A DNA stretch of 64,000 nucleotides. Source: an uncultured Anaerotruncus sp. (GTDB lineage: Bacteria > Bacillota > Clostridia > Oscillospirales > CAG-272). Position numbers and translations under genes: made by a program. Below the pieces are notes generated by a model that was given only the letters and a program-made list of their open reading frames with translations, did no database searches and was not told the origin of the DNA. The stretch spans positions 321,374 through 385,373 of the forward strand of contig CABPZE010000001.1 in assembly GCA_902461815.1 (NCBI GenBank), in the 5' to 3' direction. Shown in pieces: positions 54,979 to 64,000 of the stretch. Positions within the stretch are counted from its first letter, which is position 1. Every line of letters starts with the position of its first letter.

Positions 54979-56337
54979 TTAATTTTTCAGGCTGTGGATC
55001 GGAGCCGGTATCCTGCCGCCGCGTGCGATAAACTTCTGCGGCGAGCGGTTATTTACCGGCATTACCGGAGCTGTTCCGAGCAGTCCGCCGAAAGACACCT
55101 CGTCTCCAACGCTCTTTCCTACCGCCGGAATAACTCTCACGGCGGTGGTTTTTGTATTTGCCACGCCGATTGAGATTTCATCCGCGATAATTCCGCAAAT
55201 AACGTCAGCACTTGTGTCTCCGGGAATGGCAATCATATCAAGTCCGACCGAGCAAACAGCCGTCATCGCCTCGAGCTTTTCAAGGCTCAGCGCACCTGAG
55301 CGTGCCGCCTCTATCATTCCTGCGTCCTCGGAAACCGGTATGAAAGCTCCGGACAATCCGCCTACATGAGAGGACGCCATGACTCCACCCTTCTTGACCG
55401 CATCGTTGAGCAACGCAAGCGCGGCGGTCGTTCCGGGACCTCCGCATTGCTCAAGCCCCATCTCCTCAAGAATATATGCGACCGAATCTCCGACAGCCGG
55501 AGTCGGGGCGAGAGAAAGGTCTACGATACCGAAAGGCACGTTAAGCCTGCGCGACGCTTCAGCGGCGACGAGCTGCCCCACGCGGGTTATTTTGAATGCG
55601 GTTCGCTTGACTGTTTCGGCAAGCTCGGAGAGATCGCAGTCACCGGCGCGCGCAATTGCCGACGCAACTGCTCCCGGACCTGAAACACCGACATTTATCA
55701 CCGCCTCAGGCTCACTGACGCCGTGGAAAGCTCCCGCCATAAAGGGATTATCTTCCGGAACATTTGAAAACACCACAAGCTTAGCGCAGCCGATAGAATC
55801 ACGGTCGGCTGTCAGCTCGGCGGTCTTTTTGATTATTCCGCCCATCTTGCGTATCGCTTCCATATTTATTCCGGCTTTTGTGGAAGCAACATTTACCGAG
55901 GAGCATACCCTTTCCGTAGACGCAAGGGCGTATGGAATAGAATCAATAAGTCTTTCTTCACCCGGTGTACTTCCCTTCTGCACCAGCGCTCCGTAACCGC
56001 CGATGAAGTTGATACCGAGCGCAGATGCAGCGCGGTCAAGGGTCATGGCAAGCTTTACATAGTCCTCAGACGAAAAAAGACCGCCAAGCAGAGATATCGG
56101 AGTTACCGAGACGCGCCTGTTCACTATCGGAATGCCGTATTCCTTCTCAATTTCGTCTCCGACCTTGCAAAGATTTCCGGCGCGCGAGGTGATCTTGTCG
56201 TAAACACGTCGGCACACACTTTCAATATCATCCCCCGCACAGTCAATAAGAGAAATACCCATCGTTATCGTTCTGATATCGAGGTTTTCCTCGTGTATCA
56301 TATTTATCGTTTCAATTATATCGCTTATATTGAGCAT
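54979..56337 (-). CDS. UPF0210/DUF711 ('PFL-like') family protein
   Basis: 452 aa beginning '[25 protein letters not shown]…'. It forms the conserved pairing with the upstream small ACT (UPF0237) gene. Confidence 0.8.
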   Translation of the reverse strand: MLNISDIIETINMIHEENLDIRTITMGISLIDCAGDDIESVCRRVYDKITSRAGNLCKVGDEIEKEYGIPIVNRRVSVTPISLLGGLFSSEDYVKLAMTLDRAASALGINFIGGYGALVQKGSTPGEERLIDSIPYALASTERVCSSVNVASTKAGINMEAIRKMGGIIKKTAELTADRDSIGCAKLVVFSNVPEDNPFMAGAFHGVSEPEAVINVGVSGPGAVASAIARAGDCDLSELAETVKRTAFKITRVGQLVAAEASRRLNVPFGIVDLSLAPTPAVGDSVAYILEEMGLEQCGGPGTTAALALLNDAVKKGGVMASSHVGGLSGAFIPVSEDAGMIEAARSGALSLEKLEAMTAVCSVGLDMIAIPGDTSADVICGIIADEISIGVANTKTTAVRVIPAVGKSVGDEVSFGGLLGTAPVMPVNNRSPQKFIARGGRIPAPIHSLKN

Positions 56338-56360
56338 ATCAGTCAGTTCCGTTAATAAGA

Positions 56361-56630
56361 TCAGATGTGGTGCATTGTATTGAAGATATCCTCATGCATT
56401 GTGGATATCTGAAGTCCGGCGGATTCACCAAGAACTTTCATGCGGTCAACAAAGTCGCCGAAAGGGATCTTTATGCCATCGATATCGACAAGCATTATCA
56501 TTGCAAAATACTCTTTCAGCACGCTTTGGGAAATATCAATGATGTTTACTCCGTCTGCGGCACATTCTTCAGCCACACGGGCGATTATACCGACGCTGTC
56601 GCGTCCGGTAACGGTAATTACAGCTTTCAT
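56361..56630 (-). CDS. ACT-domain protein (UPF0237 family)
   Basis: 89 aa: '[38 protein letters not shown]…'. AAAGGA RBS present. Confidence 0.8.
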   Translation of the reverse strand: MKAVITVTGRDSVGIIARVAEECAADGVNIIDISQSVLKEYFAMIMLVDIDGIKIPFGDFVDRMKVLGESAGLQISTMHEDIFNTMHHI

Positions 56631-56740
56631 TTTGTTTTGTCCTTTGGTTTTTATTTGTTTATTATATATTCAAACGTCCGGATTGTCAAGATTATTTGCG
56701 TATCGGTTGACGAAATTCAAAGAATTTAATGGTTTTCGTA

Positions 56741-56769
56741 TTGCAAACAGGTTCATAGTATGATATAAT
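56741..56769 (+). promoter_or_regulatory. Sigma-A-type promoter for the 56886 ACT gene
   Basis: TTGCAA (56741-56746), a 17-nt spacer, then TATAAT (56764-56769). Confidence 0.55.
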
Positions 56770-56885
56770 TAATATGCAGTTAATTTATTCGCATCGGCGC
56801 TGTTGCAAATTTGCACTTCCTTCATTTACATTATAATCGGGAAATGTATTGTTGGCGCGCCCAAATAAGAAAGGCAGAATAATAA

Positions 56886-57308
56886 ATGTCGGTAAAACAG
56901 TTGTCGGTATTCATTGAAAACCGCCGCGGAACTCTTTTTGAAGTTACCGAGGCTCTGGCAAAAGCAAAAATCGATATTCGCGCGCTCTCTCTTACCGAAA
57001 CACCCGAATACGGGATACTGAGACTCATCGTAAATGACACTGAGCGCGCCTTTGAGGTTATCCGCTCAAGCGGAAAGACCGTCTCAATAAACCGCGTGCT
57101 TTGCATTGAGATACCCGACGACCCCGGCGGCCTCATGCAGGCGCTTTGCATACTGAACAATAACGATATCAACATTGAATATATGTACACATTTGTAGGT
57201 CACGACGGGATGCAGGCAAACGTTGCGATCCGTGTTGCAGACAACGAGCTTTCAGGCAAGCTGCTAAGCGAAGCCGGGTATTCGTTGCTGTCCGACGGCG
57301 AAAACTGA
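56886..57308 (+). CDS. Tandem ACT-domain protein
   Basis: 140 aa with two ACT-like halves ('LSVFIENRRGTLFEVTEALAKAKIDIRAL…' and 'CIEIPDDPGGLMQALCILNNNDINIEYM…'). Confidence 0.75.
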   Translation: MSVKQLSVFIENRRGTLFEVTEALAKAKIDIRALSLTETPEYGILRLIVNDTERAFEVIRSSGKTVSINRVLCIEIPDDPGGLMQALCILNNNDINIEYMYTFVGHDGMQANVAIRVADNELSGKLLSEAGYSLLSDGEN

Positions 57309-57323
57309 AAAATAATATATAAA

Positions 57324-57370
57324 AGCAGCACGGGAGATGCCAAAACCGTCCCGTGCCGCTTTTTATTTTT
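57324..57370 (+). terminator. Intrinsic terminator after the ACT gene
   Basis: AGCAGCACGGGA (57324-57335) pairs with TCCCGTGCCGCT (57349-57360) with one mismatch, followed by TTTTTATTTTT. Confidence 0.75.
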
Positions 57371-57371
57371 C

Positions 57372-58226
57372 TTATACCGTTACATCTGCATAAACCATGC
57401 AGTGATCCGAAGCGTCAAGCACCTCCTGGCGCGTCTCTATGCTGTGTACCCATACCTTTACTCCGGGAGTAACAAAAATATGGTCTATCGGAGAACGCGT
57501 ATTGTCGGGAAGCTGTCCTATAACCGGATGGAAAGTGAACTGACCGAGTGAGGCGCGTTCGCTTGCGGCATATTTGGTATTTACCATACCGCCGTCGGTT
57601 ATGACTTTGTAATACTCCTCGTTTTCACCACCGTTGAAATCTCCGGTAAAGAAAACCGGTATGTTGCCGTATCTGTCGGCAATCGACTTTTTTTCGGCAA
57701 GCATCTGACGCGCATTGTCGGCACGCCATTTTGCTCCGTCCACACGGTCGCTCATGCCCTCGAGCTTATATGAGGCAAGTATCAGTGCCGCGTGCGTATT
57801 TATATGCGCTACCAGATCGCCGCTTTGACGGTCGCGAAGCACAGCCGCAGTCATTCCCTTGGTGTAGGTGAAGGTCGAGGTGTACATGACAAATGAAGAC
57901 TCCACCTCTTCGAATCTGTCCGTGCGATATGCTATAGGAAAATAATTGACCTTAGGATATTTAACTGACAGCGAACGCAGCTCGCTCTCCCTCCGATGCT
58001 CCGGATCGGGCCAAGCCAGAGTCAGCGCATAGCCGAGCTTTTGCAGCTTCGGCACAAAGCTGTCATGGTAAAACCTGTTGACCTCCTGAAAACCAATAAT
58101 GTCCGGCTGATAGTATGAAATGTTTTCAAGTATTTTATCCTCGCGCGACGGAGCGGTATCGTCAAACAAAAGGTTTGACGACATAATGCGAAGATTTGAT
58201 CCTTCAAACCTCGGCAGCGTATTCAT
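57372..58226 (-). CDS. Endonuclease/exonuclease/phosphatase (EEP) family protein
   Basis: 'IMSSNLLF', 'PDIIGFQEVN', 'GDFNG' and C-terminal 'SDHCMVYADV'. I prefer the ATG at 58226 (MNTLPRF…), which has AGGAGGAG 7 nt upstream. Confidence 0.8.
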   Translation of the reverse strand: MNTLPRFEGSNLRIMSSNLLFDDTAPSREDKILENISYYQPDIIGFQEVNRFYHDSFVPKLQKLGYALTLAWPDPEHRRESELRSLSVKYPKVNYFPIAYRTDRFEEVESSFVMYTSTFTYTKGMTAAVLRDRQSGDLVAHINTHAALILASYKLEGMSDRVDGAKWRADNARQMLAEKKSIADRYGNIPVFFTGDFNGGENEEYYKVITDGGMVNTKYAASERASLGQFTFHPVIGQLPDNTRSPIDHIFVTPGVKVWVHSIETRQEVLDASDHCMVYADVTV

Positions 58227-58256
58227 ATCAATTCTCCTCCTGATCATGTATTGATA

Positions 58257-59537
58257 TCAAAGATTAAAGGCAACCTCTATTTCGCGTATCTCATCCTCGC
58301 TTATCGGTACGATCGTTCCCTTCATGGAAGCGATATCGCACAGTGACTCAGCTCCGAATTCCAGCACCTCAAGTCTGTCATAGGCATTGAGCGGCGACGT
58401 TCCGGCAACAAGGACACAGTCATTTTCTATAATTGCGATCGGCGTTTTCATGCTGATGGAAGCAACGACCTCACCGGGGGCGTCCTCCAGAGTTCCGCAT
58501 GGAAATCTGAGCGTATTACGCAGACATATGTATCCCTCGGGAATCATATGTGAGTTGAATTCAGCCCCGCTTACGGCAAAACCCATTATATACGGGCTTC
58601 TTGCCGAGCAGATGCTTTCAATTTCCGGATGTGCCTCAAATATACGCGCGGCAAGCCCAGCCCAGCGCGATGGCTTCTTGCCCTTCTCACAGCGTACGCC
58701 CTCAACATATACAAGCATATCGGGGGTCATAAGCCCGCGGTCTTCTCCGTCAGGAGTTATGAGAAAACCTTTTCCCGCACGCGAGGCAAACATACCGGTC
58801 GCAGCGGTAAACAGCTTGTTCTTGTAGCAACGGCGGCATTTGTCGGCAATATCCGAGCGGATATCCGGATAATCAGCCGGCATAAGCTCATCCGCGTATA
58901 TATCCGTGCCGAATCCGTCTGCTTTTTCAAGCTCTGCGGTATCAAGTACTCTGCCTTCCCTGCCCAGCATTGACGCGGCAATGCCGGTGCGCGCGGAAAA
59001 GTCAAGCGCCTCAAACATCATGTACGCGCGCTCAAGACTGTCAGCCCCCAGAACCACACCGTGATTTTCAAGCAGCACCGTATCGCACCCCTTGGCAAAC
59101 TCGGAGGATATGTACCCGCCAAGCTTCTGACTTCCGGGAAGCGCATATTTTGCTATTGCTATCTTTCCGCAAAGCTTTGAAACGCCTGGCATCAGATTCA
59201 TCTCAGGAAGACGGCGCTCAAGGCTGTATGCCACCAGAGCCGCAGGATGGGCGTGCAGAACGGCGTGCAGGTCCGGACGCGAACGCAGTATCGCAAGATG
59301 GAAAGGATATTCACTGGACGGTTTATGTTTTCCGTGAGTTACCCCGTCGGGAGTCACCCACATAATGTCATCGGCAGTCAGATGCGCCTTGTCCACCCCT
59401 GACGGCGAGATCCACATAGTGCCGTTCTCGTCCATTATCGAGAGGTTACCACCCGAGGTTGTTGTCAGCTTGTTGTCGTATAGTCTTGTCATAAAAAAGG
59501 CGATCTTCTCCGCCGGTGTCATGTTTAAAAGCTTCAT
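58257..59537 (-). CDS. Tandem class II aldolase/adducin-domain protein (N-domain canonical, C-domain degenerate)
   Basis: Domain 1 has 'TSGGNLS', 'SSEYPFH', 'VLHAHP' and 'LENHGVV'. Domain 2 has 'CSARSP' and 'IENDCVL' at the equivalent positions. ATG at 59537 with GGAGA 7 nt upstream. Confidence 0.72.
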   Translation of the reverse strand: MKLLNMTPAEKIAFFMTRLYDNKLTTTSGGNLSIMDENGTMWISPSGVDKAHLTADDIMWVTPDGVTHGKHKPSSEYPFHLAILRSRPDLHAVLHAHPAALVAYSLERRLPEMNLMPGVSKLCGKIAIAKYALPGSQKLGGYISSEFAKGCDTVLLENHGVVLGADSLERAYMMFEALDFSARTGIAASMLGREGRVLDTAELEKADGFGTDIYADELMPADYPDIRSDIADKCRRCYKNKLFTAATGMFASRAGKGFLITPDGEDRGLMTPDMLVYVEGVRCEKGKKPSRWAGLAARIFEAHPEIESICSARSPYIMGFAVSGAEFNSHMIPEGYICLRNTLRFPCGTLEDAPGEVVASISMKTPIAIIENDCVLVAGTSPLNAYDRLEVLEFGAESLCDIASMKGTIVPISEDEIREIEVAFNL

Positions 59538-59626
59538 GTGTTTATCTCCATTGCCGCTTTGCGGCTTATTGTACATATGATATTATACTTTCTTTATTCT
59601 CCTGCGTCAATAGCTTTTGAAAATTT

Positions 59627-59660
59627 AACCGATTTGCAGACCTCAGCCGGCAAATCGGTT
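59627..59660 (-). terminator. Hairpin terminator downstream of ldh
   Basis: AACCGATTTGC (59627-59637) pairs with GCAAATCGGTT (59650-59660). On the minus strand it is followed by AAATTTTCAAAAG. Confidence 0.55.
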
Positions 59661-59665
59661 GTAAT

Positions 59666-60637
59666 TTATACCGTCATGCTTATACTGGAGGAATACTCCG
59701 CACCGAGCGAATCAATAACCTCTCTCAGAGACTGTGCCGAGCGGCGAAGCCGCCCTTCTTCGTCCCCGTTGAGGGGGATCTCAAGAACACGTTCAATGCC
59801 GCTTCTTCCGACAATGCAGGGCAAACCAAGGCATATGCCTTCAATACCGTAGTGACCGTCCGATACAGTTGACACAGGCAGGATAGTATGCTCGTCGCGC
59901 ACAATGGCTTCCGCAATGCGGCGCACAGCCTCAGCTATGGCATAGTAGGTCGCGCCTTTGGCGTCAATTATGCGGTAAGCGGCGTCACGAACCTCCTCAA
60001 AAAGTTGAGAAAATCCCGTCGGATCGCATTCCTCGCAGCACTCGCGGCAGTAAAGAGACAAGTCGACCCCCGAAACATTTGCACTGCTGAAGACCGCGAC
60101 CTCGCTGTCGCCGTGCTCACCTATAATAAAAGTATGCACATTGCGGCTGTCAACTCCCAATCTCTCACCCACAAGCTGCTTGAGCCTTGCGGTATCAAGC
60201 ACCGTGCCGGAGCCTATTACACGGTTTTTCGGGAATCGTGAACGCACAAGCGTTACATATGTCAGCACATCCACCGGGTTGGTCACAACAAGGATTATTC
60301 CTTCGGCTCTTGCGCCGGTAATTCCGTCCACTATTGATGAAAACACCCTGACATTCCTGTGAACAAGGTCTATACGTGTCTCTCCGGGGCGCTGTGCCGC
60401 TCCCGCGGTGATAATGATAAGCGCCGCGTCGGAAAGGTCGCTGTATGAACCGGCGTAAATATTCATCGGAGAATGAAACGGCAGACCGTGCGCAATGTCC
60501 TCCGCCTCGCCCTGAGCGCGCTTCATGTCAATGTCGATCAGAACCATCTCCGAAAAAAGACCGCTCTGCATCAAGGTGTATGCCGTGGTAGCTCCGACAT
60601 TTCCGCAACCAATAATTGCACATTTTCTGATATTCAT
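59666..60637 (-). CDS. ldh: L-lactate dehydrogenase
   Basis: 'KCAIIGCGNVGATTAY', 'ITAGAAQRPGETR', 'GEHGDSE' and the catalytic His context. 323 aa. AAGGAA RBS present. Confidence 0.9.
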   Translation of the reverse strand: MNIRKCAIIGCGNVGATTAYTLMQSGLFSEMVLIDIDMKRAQGEAEDIAHGLPFHSPMNIYAGSYSDLSDAALIIITAGAAQRPGETRIDLVHRNVRVFSSIVDGITGARAEGIILVVTNPVDVLTYVTLVRSRFPKNRVIGSGTVLDTARLKQLVGERLGVDSRNVHTFIIGEHGDSEVAVFSSANVSGVDLSLYCRECCEECDPTGFSQLFEEVRDAAYRIIDAKGATYYAIAEAVRRIAEAIVRDEHTILPVSTVSDGHYGIEGICLGLPCIVGRSGIERVLEIPLNGDEEGRLRRSAQSLREVIDSLGAEYSSSISMTV

Positions 60638-60721
60638 TTTTTGATTTCCTTAAAGTAATAATACCGGAGACTTGATGCTCCGGTATTATTATCTTTCCGA
60701 AATCCGCTTTTATTCCCTTTC

Positions 60722-61342
60722 TTATGCGCCTATAATCAGGAATATCTGTCCTATCGGATAAAATGTCCAGATGAGTGTATCGGCATTTTTTATTTTTCCA
60801 TTCAATATGACATCTTCCGCAATCATGAGATCGGATATAAGAAACGATATCACTCCGACAGCTGAAAGAATAAATATTCCGCCGTGCGATAAGGCGCATG
60901 AAAACACGGTCGTAAAATTCAAAGATATAAAAAGAATGTAGAGCATTCCAAGCGGAAGCATTTTTCTGTTGCCGCGCTTAAGACCGCGAAACGTCATCCA
61001 TAACAAAAGACAAGCCGAAAGAAATATTCCCCAATAAGCCCCCGCATTGAAATAGCTTCGCCCTCCCTCAACCGCCGCAAACAAAAATGCAATGAAATAC
61101 AGAACATGAGAGACTGCGAACGTCACCGCGCCCGGAATAAATCCCCTGAAAGGCAGTCTGTCGGTAATCGGGCGGTAGTTCATGAGTATAATATCGCCGA
61201 GTGAGGACACAAGCATTGCCGGAATGCAGAGTATGCGTGTCATGGTAGGATCAAGAACAGCCATCAGAACAGCAAGAAGGCTCATAAGAGCTGTCAGCAC
61301 AACTTTGCCCGGCAGTCCGAACAATTTGAAGAATCGGTGCAT
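60722..61342 (-). CDS. Integral membrane protein, possibly YhhN/lysoplasmalogenase-like
   Basis: Seven to eight hydrophobic segments, with 'SSLGDIIL' and 'FAVSHVLYF' motifs reminiscent of YhhN. I prefer the ATG at 61342, just after the glpK stop. Confidence 0.45.
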   Translation of the reverse strand: MHRFFKLFGLPGKVVLTALMSLLAVLMAVLDPTMTRILCIPAMLVSSLGDIILMNYRPITDRLPFRGFIPGAVTFAVSHVLYFIAFLFAAVEGGRSYFNAGAYWGIFLSACLLLWMTFRGLKRGNRKMLPLGMLYILFISLNFTTVFSCALSHGGIFILSAVGVISFLISDLMIAEDVILNGKIKNADTLIWTFYPIGQIFLIIGA

Positions 61343-61350
61343 TCCGTATC

Positions 61351-62838
61351 CTATCTGGTCAGCACCCGACCGACAGCCTTGCGCCATCCGTCAAGGCGTG
61401 AAAGACGCTCCTCTGCGGAGATCCTCGGTTCAAAGCGTCGCTCGCACTGCCACGAAGCTGAAATTTCCGAAAGTGAGGAAAAAGCTCCGGTTGAAAGTCC
61501 CGCAAGATTTGCAGCACCAAGCGCCGTTGTCTCAATACAACCCGGACGAATAATTGGAGTCCCCAACAGGTCTGCCTGAATTTCAAGCAGCAGGTCGTTT
61601 GCGGACGCACCGCCGTCAACCTTCAGAGACGTCATCGACACCTTAGCCTCGCGTTCCATCAGTTCAAGCACATCAGCCGTCTGGTATGCCATTGATTCAA
61701 GCACCGCTCTCACGATATGCGCACGTGTAGTGCCGCGTGTAAGACCAAGCAGAGCGCCTCTTGCATAGGGATCCCAATACGGTGCGCCAAGCCCGACAAA
61801 TGCAGGAATGAACCATACACCTCCGCTGTTTTCCACAGAGCGCGCGATAGTCTCCGTCTCGGATGCTTTGGATATCAGCCCAAGACCGTCACGAAGCCAC
61901 TGGACTGCCGCTCCGCATACAAACACCGACCCTTCAAGCGCATAGCTTACAGACGAATCCCCTATTCCCCAGGCGATCGTCGTAAGCAGACCGTTTTCCG
62001 ACATCACGGGACGCGAACCGGTGTTCATAAGCATAAAGCCTCCGGTTCCGTATGTGTTTTTGACCGACCCGTCTTCGAAGCAGCACTGCCCGAACAATGC
62101 TGCCTGCTGATCTCCGGCAACGCCCGCCACAGGAATTGATGCCCCGAAAAGCTCCGGCGCAGTCTCTCCGAAAATACACGATGAAGGCTTTACATCCGGC
62201 AGCATCCGGCGCGGAATGTCAAAGAGACGCAGCAGCTCGTCATCCCATTCAAGAGTATTTATGTTGAAAAGCATGGTGCGCGATGCGTTTGAGTAATCTG
62301 TGGCATGCACCTTGCCGCCGGTGAGGTTGAAGATCAGCCAGCTGTCAACAGTACCGAAGCACAGCTCTCCCCTGCGTGCTCTTTCACGTGCTCCTTCAAC
62401 GTTATCAAGTATCCACTTGAGCTTTGTAGCGGAAAAATATGCATCAATAAGCAGACCTGTGCGGCGGCGTATATCCTCGCACAGCTCGCCGCTTTTTATG
62501 TAATCGCAATACTCTGCGGTACGGCGGCACTGCCATACTATTGCATTGCAAATCGGTTTACCGGTAGCGCGCTCCCACACAACAGTGGTCTCACGCTGAT
62601 TTGTAATTCCGATCCCGTAAATATCCGCAGCGTCAGCTCCCGCCTTTGACAGTGCTTCGCGCGCAACGGCAAGCTGGGTATTCCAGATATCCTCCGGATC
62701 ATGCTCCACCCAACCGCGGTGCGGGAATATCTGCGGAAATTCCCGCTGCGATGAAGCTATTATTCTTCCGGAAAGATCGAAAACTATCGAACGCGAGCTT
62801 GTTGTTCCCTGATCAAGCGCCAACAGGTATTTCGGCAT
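61351..62838 (-). CDS. glpK: Glycerol kinase
   Basis: '[13 protein letters not shown]', 'GITNQRETT' and '[10 protein letters not shown]' FGGY-family signatures. 495 aa. GGAGG RBS present. Confidence 0.95.
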   Translation of the reverse strand: MPKYLLALDQGTTSSRSIVFDLSGRIIASSQREFPQIFPHRGWVEHDPEDIWNTQLAVAREALSKAGADAADIYGIGITNQRETTVVWERATGKPICNAIVWQCRRTAEYCDYIKSGELCEDIRRRTGLLIDAYFSATKLKWILDNVEGARERARRGELCFGTVDSWLIFNLTGGKVHATDYSNASRTMLFNINTLEWDDELLRLFDIPRRMLPDVKPSSCIFGETAPELFGASIPVAGVAGDQQAALFGQCCFEDGSVKNTYGTGGFMLMNTGSRPVMSENGLLTTIAWGIGDSSVSYALEGSVFVCGAAVQWLRDGLGLISKASETETIARSVENSGGVWFIPAFVGLGAPYWDPYARGALLGLTRGTTRAHIVRAVLESMAYQTADVLELMEREAKVSMTSLKVDGGASANDLLLEIQADLLGTPIIRPGCIETTALGAANLAGLSTGAFSSLSEISASWQCERRFEPRISAEERLSRLDGWRKAVGRVLTR

Positions 62839-62882
62839 TTTGTATTACCTCCGAATTGATTATTTGAATATCATATATAAGT

Positions 62883-62911
62883 ATTATACAACATAACCGG
62901 ACGCATTTCAA
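62883..62911 (-). promoter_or_regulatory. Sigma-A-type promoter for glpK
   Basis: On the minus strand: TTGAAA (62911-62906), a 17-nt spacer, then TATAAT (62888-62883). Confidence 0.55.
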
Positions 62912-62952
62912 TATCTCACCGTTTTTTAGGTGAATATTTTGCGTCCGGTTAT
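62893..62952 (-). terminator. Long nested hairpin between the 273-aa gene and glpK (probable terminator overlapping the glpK promoter)
   Basis: A 13-bp perfect outer stem, ATAACCGGACGCA (62893-62905) pairing with TGCGTCCGGTTAT (62940-62952), encloses an inner TCACC/GGTGA hairpin. There is no clean U-tract. Confidence 0.45.
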
Positions 62953-62974
62953 ATAATTTGTTCGGTTTACAATA

Positions 62975-63751
62975 TCAGCCGAAGTCAAAGCCCGCCGCAG
63001 TGACGGCACTTACCGCGTCACTCAGTGCAGCCGCGGCACGTTTGGGTGAAATAAGCTTTGAAAGATCCGAAATGTCCTCACCGTCATCGTCGAAATGCAG
63101 CGCTGCAGCAGCAGCGGGAACAGCGGCGGAGATCGACGCCATTGCCGTCGAAAGCGAGCGAATAACGCCCATTATCTCAGCGGCGAGCTTCTCTGCTGCC
63201 TCGGCGCGCTCTCGTGTCTCGTCTGAAAGCGCCTGTCTGTCTGCCTCAAGAGAGTCATCACCCTTGAGCCTCGCCGCCAAAGCGGCATATTTAAGCTCAG
63301 AAGCAAGCGAGGATGCATCTGCCGCGCAGCTGCGCAGCATAGCCGCCGCCTCGCCGGCGCGCCCGTAAACCGACGACATTTCAGTCATATCTGCCTGCAG
63401 AACTGCACAGGTATCCGAAAAGGTATTTGCAATATACCGACGTTCATCGTAAGAAAATGAAAAAGCAAAATCACGCAGTATCGAGCGCGTTCCCCAGCCG
63501 TCAAGCATATAGCGTATAGTTCCCACTGCATGCATGGCAGCCTCCGAAGCGCCTCTGTACACACTCTCTGCGGCGTCCGCCGCCTTGTCTATCGACTCGT
63601 CAAGCTTTGCAAGCTCCTCCGAGACCTCTGCGCAAGTGCCCGAATCTTCTGCGTTGACATATCTTTCGATAATTTCAAGCGCCGCTCCGTCATCAGGACG
63701 CATACTTATTTGATTTTTTTCAAGCAGATTAAATATCTCGTCCCGTGTCAT
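62975..63751 (-). CDS. Hypothetical Ala/Asp/Glu/Ser-rich helical protein
   Basis: ORF with no recognisable motif. ATG at 63751 (MTRDEIFNLLEK…); the track uses TTG at 63796. No TM helix or signal peptide. Confidence 0.5.
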   Translation of the reverse strand: MTRDEIFNLLEKNQISMRPDDGAALEIIERYVNAEDSGTCAEVSEELAKLDESIDKAADAAESVYRGASEAAMHAVGTIRYMLDGWGTRSILRDFAFSFSYDERRYIANTFSDTCAVLQADMTEMSSVYGRAGEAAAMLRSCAADASSLASELKYAALAARLKGDDSLEADRQALSDETRERAEAAEKLAAEIMGVIRSLSTAMASISAAVPAAAAALHFDDDGEDISDLSKLISPKRAAAALSDAVSAVTAAGFDFG

Positions 63752-63803
63752 GGATGTAAATACCTCGGTGATACCCAGCCCGCATATGCCGGGCAAGGCA
63801 GTG

Positions 63804-64000
63804 TTATTTTATTTCGACAGTAACCTTTCTGCCGGATCCGGCGGAAGCCGCCTTTACAACAGTGCGTATAGCCTTTGCGATCTTGCCGTGTCTGCCGATG
63901 ACCATTCCTGTCTCATCGGGAGCTACGGTAAGCAGAAGCTCAATGCTTCCGTCGCTTTCGTTGTCGGCACGGGTAACGCTGACCTCGTCCGGCGTATCTA
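63804..64000 (-). CDS. KH-domain RNA-binding protein (YlqC/UPF0109 type), 5' end outside window
   Basis: The minus-strand translation ends '…LLLTVAPDETGMVIGRHGKIAKAIRTVVKAASAGSGRKVTVEIK*', which contains the KH GxxG-like 'IGRHGK' core. Stop at 63804-63806. Confidence 0.7.
   Translation of the reverse strand, partial: DTPDEVSVTRADNESDGSIELLLTVAPDETGMVIGRHGKIAKAIRTVVKAASAGSGRKVTVEIK

Noticed and set aside
1-64000. Search for rRNA or tRNA genes, CRISPR arrays, IS or transposase genes, retron or DGR reverse transcriptases and toxin-antitoxin pairs
   Set aside because: Intergenic gaps are all under ~410 nt and are accounted for by promoters, terminators and the met leader. By eye I saw no spaced direct-repeat arrays, no tRNA-like T-arm (GGTTCGA-type) sequence outside CDSs, and no transposase or RT motifs in any listed ORF. 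This is a manual scan, not an exhaustive computation.

Overview
This is a densely packed chromosomal window, about 50 CDS with short intergenic gaps. It looks like a spore-forming Firmicute of the Clostridia type: it carries dipicolinate synthase spoVFA/B, whiA and a SpoIID-domain gene, and has GGAGG-type RBSs and TTGACA/TATAAT promoters. That taxonomic call is an inference. Most genes are housekeeping: secA, pcrA, dnaE, polA, murB, coaE, prfA, tsaC, a class A PBP, a topoisomerase A subunit, metQNI, deoC, ldh and glpK. By eye I found no rRNA, tRNA, CRISPR array, IS element or prophage block, and there is no large accessory island. The unusual signals are small and embedded. (1) metQNI lacks an S-box or T-box leader. 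Instead it has a near-consensus promoter, a 36-codon ORF with a good RBS and 8 Met codons (…DMMMPMCMLSMRM…), then an intrinsic terminator. This looks like a leader-peptide Met attenuator, which I do not know as a described mechanism for methionine transporters. (2) A four-gene decarboxylase-like cluster contains a carboxyltransferase, an OadG-like anchor, a 53-aa stub resembling only the N-terminus of a biotin carrier, and an OadA/5S-like protein with all four metal/carbamyl-Lys ligand positions substituted. No biotinyl domain or Na+-pump beta subunit is present. (3) A 47-aa almost pure Gln/Asn repeat peptide sits downstream of two uncharacterised polytopic membrane proteins that follow secA. 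(4) A stand-alone ECF-like sigma factor is fused to a ~375-aa C-terminal domain. All functional calls rest on motif recognition from the supplied translations; no database search was run.
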